Positions 18,145-30,300 of a DNA stretch of 32,000 bases are shown here, one piece after another. The notes below the pieces were generated by a model. That model saw only the letters and a list, made by a program, of their open reading frames with translations. It searched no databases and was not told the DNA's origin. This DNA is from Halorhodospira halophila SL1 (lineage in GTDB: Bacteria > Pseudomonadota > Gammaproteobacteria > Nitrococcales > Halorhodospiraceae). The position numbers and the translations under genes are program-made. How positions within the stretch are numbered: position 1 is the first letter of the stretch; each line of letters opens with the position of its first letter. Where the stretch lies: assembly GCF_000015585.1 (NCBI RefSeq), contig NC_008789.1, positions 2,460,001 through 2,492,000 on the forward strand, given 5' to 3'.

Positions 18145-19304
18145 GCCTGCACACCACCCCGCCACGCCCCTGCGCCGTGACCGAGACCGCCAGCCGCGGC
18201 CGCCGGCACGAGGAGCCCCACCCCGGGCATCGCAGCGAGTTCCAGCGCGACCGCGACCGCATCATCCACTGCGGCGCCTTCCGGCGCCTGGAGTACAAGA
18301 CCCAGGTCTTCGTCAACCACGTCGGCGACCTCTACCGCACCCGGCTGACCCACACCCTAGAGGTGGGCCAGATCGCCCGCACCAGCGCCCAGGCCCTGGG
18401 TTTGAACATCGATCTGGTCGAGGCCATCGCCCTGGCCCACGATCTCGGTCACACCCCCTTCGGCCACGCCGGCCAGGACGCGCTGGCCGGGCGCATGGAG
18501 GGGCTCGGCGGGTTCGAGCACAATATCCAGTCCCTGCGCGTCGTCGACGACCTGGAGAAGCGCTACGCCACCTTCGACGGGCTGAATCTGACCTTCGAGA
18601 CCCGCGAGGGGCTGCTCAAACGCTGCACGGTCGAGCGCGCCCAGCAACTCGGGCCCGTCGCCGAGCGCTTCGTCCACGGCGGTCAGCCAACCCTGGAGGC
18701 GCAGCTGGTCAATGTCTGCGACGGCATCGCCTACAACAGCCACGATGTCGACGACGGCCTGCGCTCCGGGCTGATCAGCGTCCCAGAGTGCCGCGAGACG
18801 ACCCTGCTCGGCCCCCTGTTCGCCGAGGTCGAGACCGCTTACCCCAACCTGGACGAGCGCCGCACCATCTATGAGGTGGTCCGGCGCATGATCAACGTGC
18901 AGGTCGAGGACCTGATCCGCGAATCCGCCGCGCGCATCGACGCCGCCGCACCTGCCGACGTGGAGGCGGTGCGCCGACACCCGGGACCGCTGATCGGGTT
19001 CAGCGAGGATATGGCCCGGCGGCACCAGGACCTGAAGGATTTTCTTTTCCAGCGCCTCTATCGCCACTTCCGGGTGGCGCGGATGGTGCGCAAGAGCCAC
19101 GCGGTGGTTCAGGGGCTGTTCGACGCCCTCCTCGACGAGCCACAGCTGATGCCGGACCAGCCCCGCGACGCAGCCCATCGCGGAGAGGCCCGCCACGGCC
19201 TGCCCGGACGGGCCCGTGCCGTGGCCGATTACATCGCCGGCATGACCGACCGGTTCGCCATCGAAGAGTATCGCCGGCTGTTCCGCCCCGAGGAGCTGAC
19301 CTAG
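18141..19304 (+). CDS. dgt: dGTPase-like HD-domain triphosphohydrolase
   Basis: Contains [27 protein letters not shown] and [17 protein letters not shown]...[13 protein letters not shown]. The GTG at 18141 overlaps the secretin stop (GTGA); the TTG at 18138 is the ORF-track alternative. Confidence 0.88.
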   Translation: MSLHTTPPRPCAVTETASRGRRHEEPHPGHRSEFQRDRDRIIHCGAFRRLEYKTQVFVNHVGDLYRTRLTHTLEVGQIARTSAQALGLNIDLVEAIALAHDLGHTPFGHAGQDALAGRMEGLGGFEHNIQSLRVVDDLEKRYATFDGLNLTFETREGLLKRCTVERAQQLGPVAERFVHGGQPTLEAQLVNVCDGIAYNSHDVDDGLRSGLISVPECRETTLLGPLFAEVETAYPNLDERRTIYEVVRRMINVQVEDLIRESAARIDAAAPADVEAVRRHPGPLIGFSEDMARRHQDLKDFLFQRLYRHFRVARMVRKSHAVVQGLFDALLDEPQLMPDQPRDAAHRGEARHGLPGRARAVADYIAGMTDRFAIEEYRRLFRPEELT

Positions 19305-20365
19305 ACCGCCTCGACCAGGGTGTCGGTCAGCGCCTCCGGGGCAAACTCGCCGGTGACCACGGCATCGCCGACACTGCGCAGGAGCACCAGGCGCAACTGG
19401 CCACCCCGGTTCTTCTTGTCGACACTCATCAGCTCACGGAAGCGGGCCTCGGGGATGGCGGGCGGCCGCGTGGGCAGGCCGAAGGCCTCAAGCAGGGCGA
19501 TGGTGCGCTCCAGCCCGTTGCGCTGCAGCCAACCCAGGCGCACCGACATGCGCGCCGCCATGACCATCCCGGCCGCCACGGCCTCGCCGTGGAGCCAGGT
19601 GCAGTAGTCGGTGTAGGTCTCGATGGCGTGGCCGAAGGTGTGGCCGAGGTTGAGCAGCGCACGCTCACCGGCCTCCCGCTCGTCAGCGGCGACCACCTCG
19701 GCCTTGTTGCGGCACGACTCGGCCACGGCGTGGGCCAGGGCCTCGGGGTCGCGGCGCCGCAGGGCATCGACATGCGCCTCGAGCCAGTCGAAGAAGGCGG
19801 GATCGCGGATCAGGCCGTACTTGACGACCTCGGCCAGGCCGGCGTTGTATTCGCGCTCGGGCAGGGTGGCGAGGACCCCCGTATCCGCCACCACGGCACG
19901 CGGCTGGTGGAAGGCGCCGATCATGTTCTTGCCACGCGGATGGTTGACCCCGGTCTTGCCGCCCACCGAGGAGTCGACCTGGGCCAACAGCGTCGTGGGC
20001 ACCTGGATGTAGCCCACCCCGCGCTGGTAGGTAGCCGCACAGAAGCCGGCCATATCACCGACCACGCCACCGCCGAGGGCGATCACCGTGGCCGAACGGT
20101 CGAAGCGCCCCTCGATCAAGGCGTCATAGACCTGCTCACAGGTCTGCAGGGTCTTGTAGCGCTCGCCGTCGTGCAGGGTCACCGACTGCACCTCGGCACC
20201 CGGAACGGCCAGGCGCTCGGCGTAGAGCGGTGCCACGGTCTCGTTGCTGACCAGCAGCGCCCGATCCGCCACCAGATGCTCGGCCAGCACCCCCTGATCC
20301 AGCACTCCGTCCCCGATGTAGATCGGGTAACTGCGCTCCCCGAGCTCGACCCATTGTGTCCGCAT
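19301..20365 (-). CDS. aroB: 3-dehydroquinate synthase
   Basis: I prefer the ATG at 20365 ([18 protein letters not shown]...), which matches the canonical AroB N-terminus and has SD AGGAG 5 nt upstream. The ORF-track start at 20413 has no SD. The stop overlaps the dgt stop by 4 nt (CTAG). Confidence 0.93.
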   Translation of the reverse strand: MRTQWVELGERSYPIYIGDGVLDQGVLAEHLVADRALLVSNETVAPLYAERLAVPGAEVQSVTLHDGERYKTLQTCEQVYDALIEGRFDRSATVIALGGGVVGDMAGFCAATYQRGVGYIQVPTTLLAQVDSSVGGKTGVNHPRGKNMIGAFHQPRAVVADTGVLATLPEREYNAGLAEVVKYGLIRDPAFFDWLEAHVDALRRRDPEALAHAVAESCRNKAEVVAADEREAGERALLNLGHTFGHAIETYTDYCTWLHGEAVAAGMVMAARMSVRLGWLQRNGLERTIALLEAFGLPTRPPAIPEARFRELMSVDKKNRGGQLRLVLLRSVGDAVVTGEFAPEALTDTLVEAV

Positions 20366-20416
20366 GCCCGCTCCTGCTGCCTGTCCGCTCTCGTTCATCC
20401 GTCTCATCGTCATCGA

Positions 20417-20950
20417 CTAGGAGGGCTGCCCCTGCAGCGCCTCGACGATCCGCCGCGCCACGCTCCGCGCCCGCCCGCCGGTCGTCTCCACCACCACGTC
20501 GGCCACCTCCCGGTAGAGCGGATCCCGCTCGGCGAGCAGGCTCTGCAGCCGCGCCTCGGGGTCGTCACTCTGCAGGAGCGGACGGTTGGTGTCGTGGCGG
20601 GTGCGCTGCAGCTGCACCGATACCGGCGTGTACAGGTAGACCACCACCCCCCGCGCGCCCAGCAGGTCACGGTTGGCCGGCGTCGTGACCGCACCGCCGC
20701 CGGTGGCCACCACGACGCCGTCCCGGCCCGTCAGCTCGTCGATCACTGCCGCTTCGCGGGCCCGGAACCCGGCCTCGCCCTCGATATCGAAGATCCACGG
20801 GATGCTCACCCCGGTGCGCGCCTCGATGGCGGCATCGCTATCGATGAACTCCAGACCCAGCAGGTTGGCCAGCTCGCGCCCTACAGTGCTCTTGCCTGCC
20901 CCCATGGGGCCGACCAGAAAGATCCGCGACGGTGTTCTCCAGTGTGCCAT
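20417..20950 (-). CDS. aroK: Shikimate kinase
   Basis: 177 aa with [19 protein letters not shown], a Walker A in the AroK context, directly upstream of aroB. Confidence 0.93.
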   Translation of the reverse strand: MAHWRTPSRIFLVGPMGAGKSTVGRELANLLGLEFIDSDAAIEARTGVSIPWIFDIEGEAGFRAREAAVIDELTGRDGVVVATGGGAVTTPANRDLLGARGVVVYLYTPVSVQLQRTRHDTNRPLLQSDDPEARLQSLLAERDPLYREVADVVVETTGGRARSVARRIVEALQGQPS

Positions 20951-21003
20951 GACGGCACTTTACCACCACCGACACGGGGCTCGGTATGGCAGAGTAGGCG
21001 GCC

Positions 21004-21738
21004 ATGGATCCGCAACAAACGCGCCAAGGCCGTCAGCACATCCTCTTCGACGCCGACCGCATATCGACCCCGGACGCCGAACTCTTCGAGCCGGACGCCC
21101 TGGCGCGTTCCGGCCGCATCGCCGGGCGGCCGGGCGGCGGCCGCGGCAGCGCCTGTTTCCTTCAGGTCGGCGGGATCCCGGCGGTCCTGCGGCCCTACCG
21201 CCGCGGCGGACTCCTCGGCCCGCTGCTCGGCGACTGCTATGCCCGGGGCCGCCTCCACGCCTCGCGCCCCTGGCGCGAATGGTGGCTGCTCGCCCAACTC
21301 CACGAGGAGGGCTTCCCGGTGCCCGCCCCCCTGGCCGCCCGCGTGCGGCCGGCGGGGCCGTGTTACCGCGCCGAGATCCTCATCGAGCGACTGCCCGCCG
21401 ACACCCTGACCGAGGTCCTGCGCCGCGGACCGTTACCCGCCGAGCGCTGGTACGCCATCGGCGCCTGCATCGGTCGACTGCACCGGCGCGGCCTGGATCA
21501 CGCCGACCTGAACGCCCACAACATCCTGCTTACCGCCGACGGCACCATCCATGTCATCGACCTGGATCGGGCTTGCCTGCGCCCGCACGGCGGCCACTGG
21601 ACGCGCCGCAACCTCGCCCGCCTGCAGCGCAGCCTGACCAAGATCGCGCGCAGCGACGACGCCGTGGAGCCGGTGCCGGAAAACCACCTGGCCGCCCTGC
21701 GTCAGGGCTGGCACAAAGCGCTTGAGGAGTCCGCCTAG
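21004..21738 (+). CDS. kdkA: 3-deoxy-D-manno-octulosonic acid (Kdo) kinase
   Basis: 244 aa with the VLRPYRRGGL motif and the kinase catalytic block HADLNAHNILL...IDLD, typical of KdkA as I remember it. Confidence 0.8.
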   Translation: MDPQQTRQGRQHILFDADRISTPDAELFEPDALARSGRIAGRPGGGRGSACFLQVGGIPAVLRPYRRGGLLGPLLGDCYARGRLHASRPWREWWLLAQLHEEGFPVPAPLAARVRPAGPCYRAEILIERLPADTLTEVLRRGPLPAERWYAIGACIGRLHRRGLDHADLNAHNILLTADGTIHVIDLDRACLRPHGGHWTRRNLARLQRSLTKIARSDDAVEPVPENHLAALRQGWHKALEESA

Positions 21739-21740
21739 CG

Positions 21741-22835
21741 ATGCCCCGTGATCCTTCCACACCGCCCGACTCGGTCTGCCTGCTGCGCCTGTCGGCGATC
21801 GGCGACTGCAGCCACGTGGTCCCCGTCGTACAGACCCTCCGTCAGCACTGGCCGGAGACCGCGATCACCTGGGTGATCGGCAAGACCGAATACCGCCTGT
21901 TCGGCGACCTGCCGGGGGTGGAGTTCATCGTCGTCGACAAGGGCGACGGGCTGTTCGGCGCCGTGCCGAAACTCCGCCGGGACCTGGCCGACCGCCGTTT
22001 CGACCTGCTGCTGCACATGCAGGCGTCGTGGCGGGCCAACCTGCTCTCCACGGCCATCCGCGCCGACACCCGCATCGGCTTCGATCGCCCCCGCGCCCGC
22101 AACGGGCAGCGGTGGTTCACCCACCGCGCGATCGCCGGGCCGGCCCGGGTCCACGTCCTCGACGGCTTCTTCCAGTTCCTTGAGGCGGCCGGCCTGCAGG
22201 CGCGCACCCTACGCTGGGACCTCCCGGTGCCCGCCGAGGCCGAAGCCGAGGTGGCGGGACGGCTCCCCGACCAGCCGTTCCTGACCATCAGCCCGTGCAG
22301 CTCGATCCGCGCCCGCAACTACCGCAACTGGTCGGCCAGCCAGTACGCAGCGGTGGCCGAGTACGCTTATCAGGAGCACGGCCTGGCGCTGGTCTTGACC
22401 GGCGGCCCCACGGCGCTGGAACGGGAGTACGCCGACGCCATCACCGCCCTGACCAGCGCACCGGTGGTCGATCTGGTCGGCGCCACCTCGCTGAAAGGGC
22501 TGCTAGCCGTCCTGCAACGCGCCAGCGCCTTCGTCGGCCCCGATTCCGGGCCGCTCCACCTGGCCAATGCCAGCGGGGTGCCGGTGGTCGGGCTCTACGC
22601 CACGTCGAACCCGCAGCGCACGGGCCCCTACCTGAACCTGGACTACGTCGCCAACCGCTACCCGGAGGCACTCAAGGCGGAGCTCGGCCAACCGGTGGAA
22701 GCGGTCCGCTGGGGACGCCGGGTGCGCGACCCCGAGGCCATGGACTGGATCACCGTGGCCGATGTGGCCGCGCGGCTGGACGCGGCGCTGGCCGACCGCG
22801 GCGCATCCGGTCGGTCCGCCGCGGCAGGCAGCTAG
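21741..22835 (+). CDS. Glycosyltransferase family 9 (LPS heptosyltransferase family)
   Basis: 364 aa with a GT9-like N-terminus ([31 protein letters not shown]) and C-terminal block ([22 protein letters not shown]). It starts 2 nt after the kdkA stop. Confidence 0.8.
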   Translation: MPRDPSTPPDSVCLLRLSAIGDCSHVVPVVQTLRQHWPETAITWVIGKTEYRLFGDLPGVEFIVVDKGDGLFGAVPKLRRDLADRRFDLLLHMQASWRANLLSTAIRADTRIGFDRPRARNGQRWFTHRAIAGPARVHVLDGFFQFLEAAGLQARTLRWDLPVPAEAEAEVAGRLPDQPFLTISPCSSIRARNYRNWSASQYAAVAEYAYQEHGLALVLTGGPTALEREYADAITALTSAPVVDLVGATSLKGLLAVLQRASAFVGPDSGPLHLANASGVPVVGLYATSNPQRTGPYLNLDYVANRYPEALKAELGQPVEAVRWGRRVRDPEAMDWITVADVAARLDAALADRGASGRSAAAGS

Positions 22836-24265
22836 CCGCGGCTGCGAATGCGCGCGATCAGGTCCGTGGTCGATGCGCCGGCGAGCAGGGGCAGGACCTC
22901 CACCGAGCCGCCGGCGGCGACCACGACGTCGTGGCCGGCGATCTGCTCGGGCTGATAGTCCCCACCCTTGACCAGCCGGTCCGGCAACACCGCCTCGATC
23001 AGCCGCGCCGGGGTGTCCTCGCTGAACGGCACCACCCAATCCACCGTGTCCAGGGCGGCAAGCACCGCCATGCGCTGCGCCAGGGGCGTGACCGGCCGTT
23101 CCGCCCCCTTAAGCCGCGCCACCGAGGCATCGTCGTTGACCGCCACCACCAGCCGCTCGCCGCGCCGGCGGGCCCGCTGCAGGTAGTCGACATGACCGGC
23201 GTGGAGCAGGTCGAAGCAGCCGTTGGTCATGACGATCCGTTCGCCCGCCGCACGGGCCTGGCGCACCGCTGCCAACAGGCCCGGCTCGTCCACCACCCCG
23301 GAACCCGCTGCCGGGGCCGGGCCACCGCCCAGCGCCGCCTCCAGCTCTGCCGGGGTGACCGTGGCGGTCCCCAGCTTGCCCACCACGACTCCGGCGGCCA
23401 CGTTGGCCAGAGCCGACGCATCGGCCAGATCCACCCCGGCGCCCAGGGCAGCGGCGAGCGTGGCGATCACCGTATCGCCGGCACCCGTGACATCGAAGAC
23501 CTCTCGGGCCCGGGTCGGCAGATGCACCGCCACCCCCTCCCGCGGGGCGAGGGTCATCCCAGCCTCGCCCCGGGTCACCAGCAACGCCTCCAGCTCCAGA
23601 TCGGCCGCCAGTTGCCTCGCCCGCTTGGCGATCTCATCGCCATCGGCGCACGGCCCGACCACTGCCTCGAACTCCGCCAGGTTGGGCGTCAGCAGGCTGG
23701 CACCGCGGTAGCGACGGTAGTCCGCCCCCTTGGGGTCGACCAGCACCGGCCGCCCGGCTCGGCGGGCGGCCTCGATCAACCCGGCCGGATCGGGGAGCGC
23801 CCCCTTGGCGTAGTCGGAGAGGACCAGCACCGCGGCATCGGCCAGGGCGGGCTCGAGCAGGGCCAGCATGGCGGCGTGGTCGAACCCCGGGAAGCCGCGT
23901 TCGAAGTCGAGGCGGATCAGCTGCTGGTGTCGACTGATCACCCGCAGCTTGGTGATGGTGTCAGCGCCGGCGATGCGGTGGAATCGCTGGCCAACACCAG
24001 CAGCCTCGAGCAGCTCCGCCAGCCGGTCGGCTGCCTCGTCGCTGCCGGTCGGGCCCACCACCTGCGCCTCGCCACCGAGGGCGGCCACATTGAGCGCGAC
24101 ATTCGCAGCACCGCCCGGACGCTCCTCGGCGCCATCGACCCGCACCACCGGGACCGGGGCTTCCGGTGAGATGCGCTGGGTCGCCCCATGCCAGTAACGG
24201 TCGAGCATCAGATCGCCGGCGACGACGACCCGGACATCGCGGAAACCGGGCAGCGGGGGAGTCAT
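22832..24265 (-). CDS. hldE: Bifunctional D-beta-D-heptose 7-phosphate kinase / heptose 1-phosphate adenylyltransferase
   Basis: 477 aa with an N-terminal PfkB-type kinase ([23 protein letters not shown]) and a C-terminal cytidylyltransferase ([16 protein letters not shown]). Confidence 0.93.
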   Translation of the reverse strand: MTPPLPGFRDVRVVVAGDLMLDRYWHGATQRISPEAPVPVVRVDGAEERPGGAANVALNVAALGGEAQVVGPTGSDEAADRLAELLEAAGVGQRFHRIAGADTITKLRVISRHQQLIRLDFERGFPGFDHAAMLALLEPALADAAVLVLSDYAKGALPDPAGLIEAARRAGRPVLVDPKGADYRRYRGASLLTPNLAEFEAVVGPCADGDEIAKRARQLAADLELEALLVTRGEAGMTLAPREGVAVHLPTRAREVFDVTGAGDTVIATLAAALGAGVDLADASALANVAAGVVVGKLGTATVTPAELEAALGGGPAPAAGSGVVDEPGLLAAVRQARAAGERIVMTNGCFDLLHAGHVDYLQRARRRGERLVVAVNDDASVARLKGAERPVTPLAQRMAVLAALDTVDWVVPFSEDTPARLIEAVLPDRLVKGGDYQPEQIAGHDVVVAAGGSVEVLPLLAGASTTDLIARIRSRG

Positions 24266-24407
24266 GGGTGAGCGGGCATCCTGTCGGTGTACAGGTCGGG
24301 GATTATAGCCGCGCCGGCCCAGCCGACAGAAGCCGGGGCGCCGAGGTGTCAGGCGCAGCGCGTGTCCGTATCATGGGGAGTCCGTCACCCCACCGGAGGG
24401 CCCGCGG

Positions 24408-24842
24408 ATGTTCCAGACACCCGAGCCGACTGCCGAACTGACCCTCTCCACCCCGGCACTGCTCTTCCCCGCCATCTCGCTGCTGCTGCTCGCCTACACC
24501 AACCGCTTCATGGGGCTGGCCTCCCTGATCCGCGACCTGGAGTCGAAGTACCGGTCCACCCACGACGTCTGCCTGCGCACCCAGATCGAGAACCTGCGCA
24601 AACGGGTCCTGTTGATCCGCAACATGCAGGTCGCCGGGGTGGCCAGCCTGTTCTTCTGCGTGCTGTGCATGCTGGTCCTGTTCGTCGGATCGATGCTCCT
24701 GGGCAAGGTCCTGTTCACCATCAGCCTGTTGCTGATGCTGGCCTCGCTGGGGCTGTCCCTGCGCGAGCTGCAGATCTCGGTGGGCGCACTGCACGTCCAG
24801 CTCCGGGATCTGGAGAACCGCCACGAGGAAGAGGGCCGTTGA
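24408..24842 (+). CDS. DUF2721-like small membrane protein
   Basis: 144 aa with three hydrophobic helices separated by a charged helix (NRFMGLASLIRDLESKYR...), a pattern I associate with DUF2721. SD is GGAGGG. Confidence 0.65.
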   Translation: MFQTPEPTAELTLSTPALLFPAISLLLLAYTNRFMGLASLIRDLESKYRSTHDVCLRTQIENLRKRVLLIRNMQVAGVASLFFCVLCMLVLFVGSMLLGKVLFTISLLLMLASLGLSLRELQISVGALHVQLRDLENRHEEEGR

Positions 24843-24860
24843 CGACCCGGGTGTGGCGCG

Positions 24861-25673
24861 TCAGTCGCCCACCGAATGGTAGGCCGGAATGGCCTCCTGC
24901 TGGATGAACAGCACGGCGGAACGGTGACGACTGGCCGGCGCATCGAGGTGGGCGTAAAACTCGGAGTGCAGCCGGCCGGCGGGGTGGAGATGGAGTTCGG
25001 CGCCGACGACGAAGGCTAGGGCACGGCGCCAGGCCACCGCGTGCTCGGCCCCGCCCGCCCCATCGAGCACGGACAGCGCATGCCCGACGGTGCGCAGTGT
25101 GGCCCCGGGGGCACGCTCGACCACCGCCTCGTGGATCAGTCCCACCACCAGGCTCTCGCGCGCGTCGCTCCCGGCAGGACTGGCGTGCAGGAGGGTACCC
25201 GCCCATCCCTGGGGGACCATGGCCGGCCCCATCCCCCGGGCCAGGTCGCGCAGATACGCCTCGTGGGCCTCGGGGAAGTCGGCCACGGCGCCGATCAGCC
25301 ACACCCCGAGGAGATCGCCGAGCAGGTCCGGCCCCTCGCCAGACCCGGTGCCCGAGCGGCCCTTTAGGCTGACGCAGGTGGCTCCCAGGGCTGCGGTGGC
25401 ATTCTCGTGGTGCAGGAACGGGGTGCCGGAGCGGTCCAGGCCGCGTTCAATGAGCAGCACCGGCGCCTCGAAGCGGTCCTGCTCCAGCAGGCCGAGCAGG
25501 GTGGCCAGGGCCACCGCCGGCTCCTCGTGCACCAGATCGACCACCGGCACCGATTCCCGGGAGCGCGGCGCACCGACCCGCACCGCCTCGCGGTAACCGG
25601 TCTCGCCGGCCCACGCCCAGAGCTGGGTGCGAAGCAGCTGGATGCGATTGGGGGGCGGTGTCTCTTGACTCAC
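24861..25673 (-). CDS. Hypothetical protein, family not recognised
   Basis: Coding-like G/C third-position bias from about 25673 downward. The GTG at 25673 is a tentative start. The upstream extension to 25796 is Arg/Trp/Cys-rich, less GC-biased and would overlap the divergent gene, so I trimmed it. Confidence 0.5.
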   Translation of the reverse strand: MSQETPPPNRIQLLRTQLWAWAGETGYREAVRVGAPRSRESVPVVDLVHEEPAVALATLLGLLEQDRFEAPVLLIERGLDRSGTPFLHHENATAALGATCVSLKGRSGTGSGEGPDLLGDLLGVWLIGAVADFPEAHEAYLRDLARGMGPAMVPQGWAGTLLHASPAGSDARESLVVGLIHEAVVERAPGATLRTVGHALSVLDGAGGAEHAVAWRRALAFVVGAELHLHPAGRLHSEFYAHLDAPASRHRSAVLFIQQEAIPAYHSVGD

Positions 25674-25764
25674 GAGGCAGACCCGGGTGGACTGTTGGTA
25701 ATAGCCTACGTTGTGCCGTCGTCGGTTACAATCGGCAGTACGGTTAACAGCCAAGCGGGAGAGC

Positions 25765-26022
25765 ATGGTGCCCGACCCCCAGACCCACGAACGCACAGAT
25801 CTGGTGCAGCCGAATGCGGCAAACCGCTACGAGGTCACTGCCAAGGACCTGCCGGTCTGCTGCCCGTTGCCCGGCATGTATCTGTGGAACTCCCACCCGC
25901 GGGTCTACCTGCCCGTCCACGAGACCGGCAGCATGATCTGTCCCTATTGCGGTGCCACCTACGTCCTCAAGGATGACGACCGGCTCGCCGTCGAGATCGG
26001 CGGTCATCGGGAGTGGAAATAG
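25765..26022 (+). CDS. Small zinc-finger protein (zf-CHCC / NDUFS6-like type)
   Basis: ATG at 25765 with SD GGGAGA. The C-terminal pattern CCPLPGMYLWNSHPRVYLPVHETGSMICPYCGATYVL fits the HPRVYL...CPYCG zinc-finger signature. Confidence 0.7.
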   Translation: MVPDPQTHERTDLVQPNAANRYEVTAKDLPVCCPLPGMYLWNSHPRVYLPVHETGSMICPYCGATYVLKDDDRLAVEIGGHREWK

Positions 26023-26062
26023 GCCGACCGGCCTGGCAGCCCGGTAGCGGGCGGAGTGCACG

Positions 26063-26590
26063 ATGCAAGCGGAAGACTTCGAGGAGTTCGGGCGTTCCGA
26101 CGCCTGGTATCTCGTCTATAGCAAGCCACGCCAGGAGGAGCGGGCGTGGTGGAATCTGGACCACCAGGGGTTCCGCTGTTTCCTGCCTATGGCGCGGTTC
26201 CGGCGGCGGCGTCAGCGCCGCTATCAGACGGTCATCGAGCCGATGTTCCCGCGTTATCTGTTCATCCGCCTGGCCGCGGGGCTCGAGGACTGGAGCCCGA
26301 TCCGCTCCACCACCGGCGTCAGCGGGCTGGTGCGCTTCGGCACCTGGCCGGCCCGCGTGCCGGACGGGCTGGTGGATACCATCCGGGCGCGCATCGAGGA
26401 CGGTCACTGCGACCTGGCCCCCGAACCGCTGCAGCCGGGCGAGCGGGTCCGCGTCCTCGATGGCCCGTTCCAGTCCTACGAGGGGATCTTCCGCGCCTCT
26501 CGCAGCGACGAGCGCGTCATGATCCTGCTCGACGTCGCCGGGCAGCACACCACCCTGACCGTCTCGCAGCACCAGATCGAGCGCGCCTGA
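26063..26590 (+). CDS. rfaH: RfaH-type NusG paralogue (operon-specific transcription antiterminator)
   Basis: 175 aa. WYLVYSKPRQEERAWWNLDHQGFRCFLPM...EPMFPRYLFIRL...VSGLVRFG parallels E. coli RfaH (WYLLYCKRGQ...EPLFPNYLFVEF...VSHFVRFG). A C-terminal KOW-like segment is present. SD GGAG lies 6 nt upstream. Confidence 0.85.
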   Translation: MQAEDFEEFGRSDAWYLVYSKPRQEERAWWNLDHQGFRCFLPMARFRRRRQRRYQTVIEPMFPRYLFIRLAAGLEDWSPIRSTTGVSGLVRFGTWPARVPDGLVDTIRARIEDGHCDLAPEPLQPGERVRVLDGPFQSYEGIFRASRSDERVMILLDVAGQHTTLTVSQHQIERA

Positions 26591-26594
26591 GCCG

Positions 26595-27401
26595 TCAGTC
26601 CTCGGCGGCGGGGATCTGCCCGCGCATCCGCCCCCAGGCCATCCCCAGGTACTCGTGGAAGGCGCGCTTGGTCATGTGCAGGGCGTGCACCGAGGGACGC
26701 ACCCCGTGGCCCGGGTGCGTCCCGGCATCGGGCTCGTGGGCCCGCACGCGGTGCCGCGTAGGGGCCGGGATCGGCTCCAGCTCCTGCCCCCGGAACAGCC
26801 CCATGGCCCGCGGCATGTGCGAGGCCTCGGTCACCAGGATGATCGTGCCGGCATCGTCGGTCAGCCGCTCAGCCACCGCCTGGGCCTCCTCGGCGGTATT
26901 GCGCGGTTCCGCCAGGCGCTCGACGGCGCCGGCATCGAGGCCCACCTCGCCCATCAGTCGGTAGAGGACTTCGGAATTGGGGGTATCGCCCCGGACCGCG
27001 CCGCCGGTCAGCCATAGGGTGCTGTCGGGGAAGTGGCGCTGCAGGCGGACCCCTTCGAGGACGCGGGTCACGCCGTCGGCGTTGGCCTGGGCGGTAATGG
27101 GCAGCTGCGGGTCGAGCCGATGGCCGTGGCCGAGGACCACGATGTCGGTCACCGGCCCCTGCGTCTCGGCCACCCCGGCCGGGTCGAGCAGCGCCGGGTA
27201 GCGCTGCTCCAGCGGGGCCAGCAAACGGCTGGCGGTGGGCTCCCAACTGGCCAGGTAGAGGGCCACCACGGTGCCGATCAGCACCCCCCGGCCCCAGCGC
27301 CAGTAGCGGGTCAAGAGCAGGATCACGCCGAGGATACCGGCCAGCACCAGCAGGCTCAGCGGCATCAGCACGGCACCGGCCAGTTTGCTGATCACGAACA
27401 C
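26595..27401 (-). CDS. DUF218 (YdcF/ElyC-like) envelope protein with an N-terminal membrane anchor
   Basis: GTG start at 27401 with SD GGGAGGG 7 nt upstream. Two N-terminal hydrophobic helices are followed by a DUF218-like core (DIVVLGHGH..., NTAEEAQAVAERL, IILVTEASHMPRA). Confidence 0.75.
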   Translation of the reverse strand: MFVISKLAGAVLMPLSLLVLAGILGVILLLTRYWRWGRGVLIGTVVALYLASWEPTASRLLAPLEQRYPALLDPAGVAETQGPVTDIVVLGHGHRLDPQLPITAQANADGVTRVLEGVRLQRHFPDSTLWLTGGAVRGDTPNSEVLYRLMGEVGLDAGAVERLAEPRNTAEEAQAVAERLTDDAGTIILVTEASHMPRAMGLFRGQELEPIPAPTRHRVRAHEPDAGTHPGHGVRPSVHALHMTKRAFHEYLGMAWGRMRGQIPAAED

Positions 27402-27433
27402 GTCTCGACCCTCCCTGTCCCGGAAATCGGGAT

Positions 27434-29687
<2,254 letters not shown>

Positions 29688-29689
<2 letters not shown>

Positions 29690-30272
29690 GGAGCCGGAAA
29701 CCGCCATCACCGAATTGCAGGCCGCCGTCGAGCCGATCCTCCACGCCCACCCGCAGGGCATCACCGAGATGGCGCTGATGGATCGGTTGGCCGAGGCCGG
29801 GCACCCGCTCTTCACCCAGGGCGAACGCGGCCAGCCGGCTGCCCTCTACCGGGCCCACTTCCTTCTGTTCCACGCCCTTTACCGCCTGCGCGCGGCATTG
29901 GCCGAGGCCGGACTGGGGCTGGAGATCCACTGCCTGTGCATCCGCCTGCGCCGCCTGCCGGGGCAGGCGTCCACCGGTGGCGAGCTGATCGACGGCGACC
30001 CCCTGGCCGCCTTCTACCTCGATCCGACGAACCTGGAGGGCATGGACAACGCCGCCGTCGAACGGCTGATCGCCGACGGGCTGTGCCGAACCCTGGGCGC
30101 GGGGGATCGGGATGCGGACCTGGCCGAGTTGGGGCTCTCGCCCGGCGCCCGACCGAGCGAGATCCGGCGCCGCTACCGCCGCCTGGCCATGCGCCACCAC
30201 CCGGACCGCGGCGGCGATACCGCCACCCTGCAGCGGATCAACGACGCTTACCAGCGCCTGATGGCCCGCTGA
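29688..30272 (+). CDS. DnaJ-related protein (N-terminal DNA-J-related domain plus C-terminal J domain)
   Basis: The C-terminus (SEIRRRYRRLAMRHHPDRGGDTATLQRINDAYQRL) carries the HPD J-domain motif. The N-terminal part resembles the 'DNA-J related' domain seen with such proteins. Confidence 0.75.
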
Positions 30273-30300
30273 CCCGCCCCGCGCGGTCCGGCCCATCCAG

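Noticed and set aside
20366-20413. aroB start at 20413 as given by the ORF track.
   Set aside because: It has no SD (the upstream sequence is CCTCC on the coding strand). The ATG at 20365 has AGGAG at ideal spacing and reproduces the canonical AroB N-terminus.
25674-25796. Upstream 41 codons of ORF 24861-25796.
   Set aside because: The peptide is non-protein-like (MRSWVWGSGTMLSRLAVNRTADCNRRRHN...) and G/C third-position bias is lower. It would also overlap the start of the divergent zinc-finger gene, so I trimmed to GTG 25673, still tentatively.
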